In this document: positions 63,219 through 64,000 of the stretch, piece by piece
How the letters are laid out: every line of letters starts with the position of its first letter
Position numbering within the stretch: the first letter of the stretch is position 1
Source: Ramazzottius varieornatus
Lineage: Eukaryota; Animalia; Tardigrada
Length of the DNA stretch: 64,000 nt
Reading direction: 5' to 3'
NCBI GenBank assembly: GCA_001949185.1
Contig: BDGG01000008.1
Location: forward strand, 682,001 to 746,000
The notes under the pieces: generated by a model
Told to the model about the DNA's origin: nothing
The model's input: the letters and a program-made list of their open reading frames with translations, nothing else
The model's database searches: none
Program-made: the position numbers and the translations under genes

Positions 63219-63566
63219 GTATGTGAGACCCAGAGCCGGAAGAAAGCAGAGTGTACGCAGGCGGCACAGCAAATCGGCAAATTGGGCAGCTGCCCAATTT
63301 GCCGATCAGCAAAAAATCAAGCAACGGTTATATGAAACGGACTTCTGACGTCAACGAAGTGCGAACCTTGAGACCTTGGACAATGACGTACCGTTGTTTT
63401 TCATTTAGTTGGCGTTTTAGTTGGCTGTGACCACAGAACGGTGCCACTGATCTTGCTAGGCTGACCGCTGGTAGAAGTATGTGAGAAACAGAGCCGGAAG
63501 AAAACAAAGTATACGCAGACGAAACAGCCAGTCGACAGATCGGGTAGCTAGCCAATTTGCCGGTCC
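63219..63566. repeat. Two diverged ~90-bp direct repeats
   Basis: GTATGTGAGACCCAGAGCCGGAAGAAAGC…CCAATTTGCCGATC (63219-63307) vs GTATGTGAGAAACAGAGCCGGAAGAAAAC…CCAATTTGCCGGTC (63477-63566). Confidence 0.75.
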
Positions 63567-64000
63567 TAATTCTAAATTACTCTGCGTGCACACTTAGATC
63601 TTACATTAAGGCGATGGTTCTGTCTGAGGATGGCCATTCTGAGAAATGACCTTAGGGACCGATTTCTCGAAAGATGTTGATGATTCCAACTAGGTCGACT
63701 GTTCAGCGTCGTGCTTCAAAGCTGAACTACTTTTCGAGACAGGTACAGAGAGGCTTGCCCAGTCGGCTTAGTCGACGGCCTCAGCATATTCTCTCAACAT
63801 GAGTCTATCCCCCACTAATCCCCTCATTACAAACCTTTGTGAGAATCTTTAACATGGCACAGCAATTCGGATTTGGACGGAGTTATTTAGGCTGAGAGCC
63901 ACCATAACTTGGCAGTCGCCCCACTCTCTGCCAGTCCCGAAAAGCCCCTAGTGTCCCTAGTGTACACACGAGCTCTCTGGCTGTAGTATATAGCCAAGAT

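Overview
Gene-dense eukaryotic (animal, most likely arthropod/crustacean-like) genomic DNA with short (~55-130 nt) GT-AG introns; the species cannot be determined from the window. Recognisable genes: eIF5A (partial), V-ATPase subunit F, a long coiled-coil protein, USP14, CANT1 apyrase, a Nup153-like FG nucleoporin, an allatotropin/orexin-type GPCR, SMC5, spindle-E/TDRD9, PITHD1, mRpL15, an ADAMTS protease, CFAP69-like, LSM2, an Xaa-Pro aminopeptidase, two tandem NPF/NPY-like neuropeptide precursors, CFAP107-like, syntaxin-16, plus two hypothetical proteins. Introns and intergenic gaps hold several MITE families. Highlights: (1) the piRNA-pathway helicase spindle-E/TDRD9 copy looks like a pseudogene with several frameshifts and stops, one of which is a TACAGTA Tc1/mariner-type excision footprint matching the ends of a MITE family in this window; (2) two divergent NPF/NPY-like precursors (GRSR-Y/F-amide) may share a terminal exon and lie tail-to-tail with an unusual type II membrane-anchored aminopeptidase P; (3) a 306-bp MITE with an 8-bp TSD is nested inside a copy of a dispersed short palindromic family that appears to share its terminal sequence. 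All gene identities come from recalled family motifs, not database searches; exon structures were read by eye.
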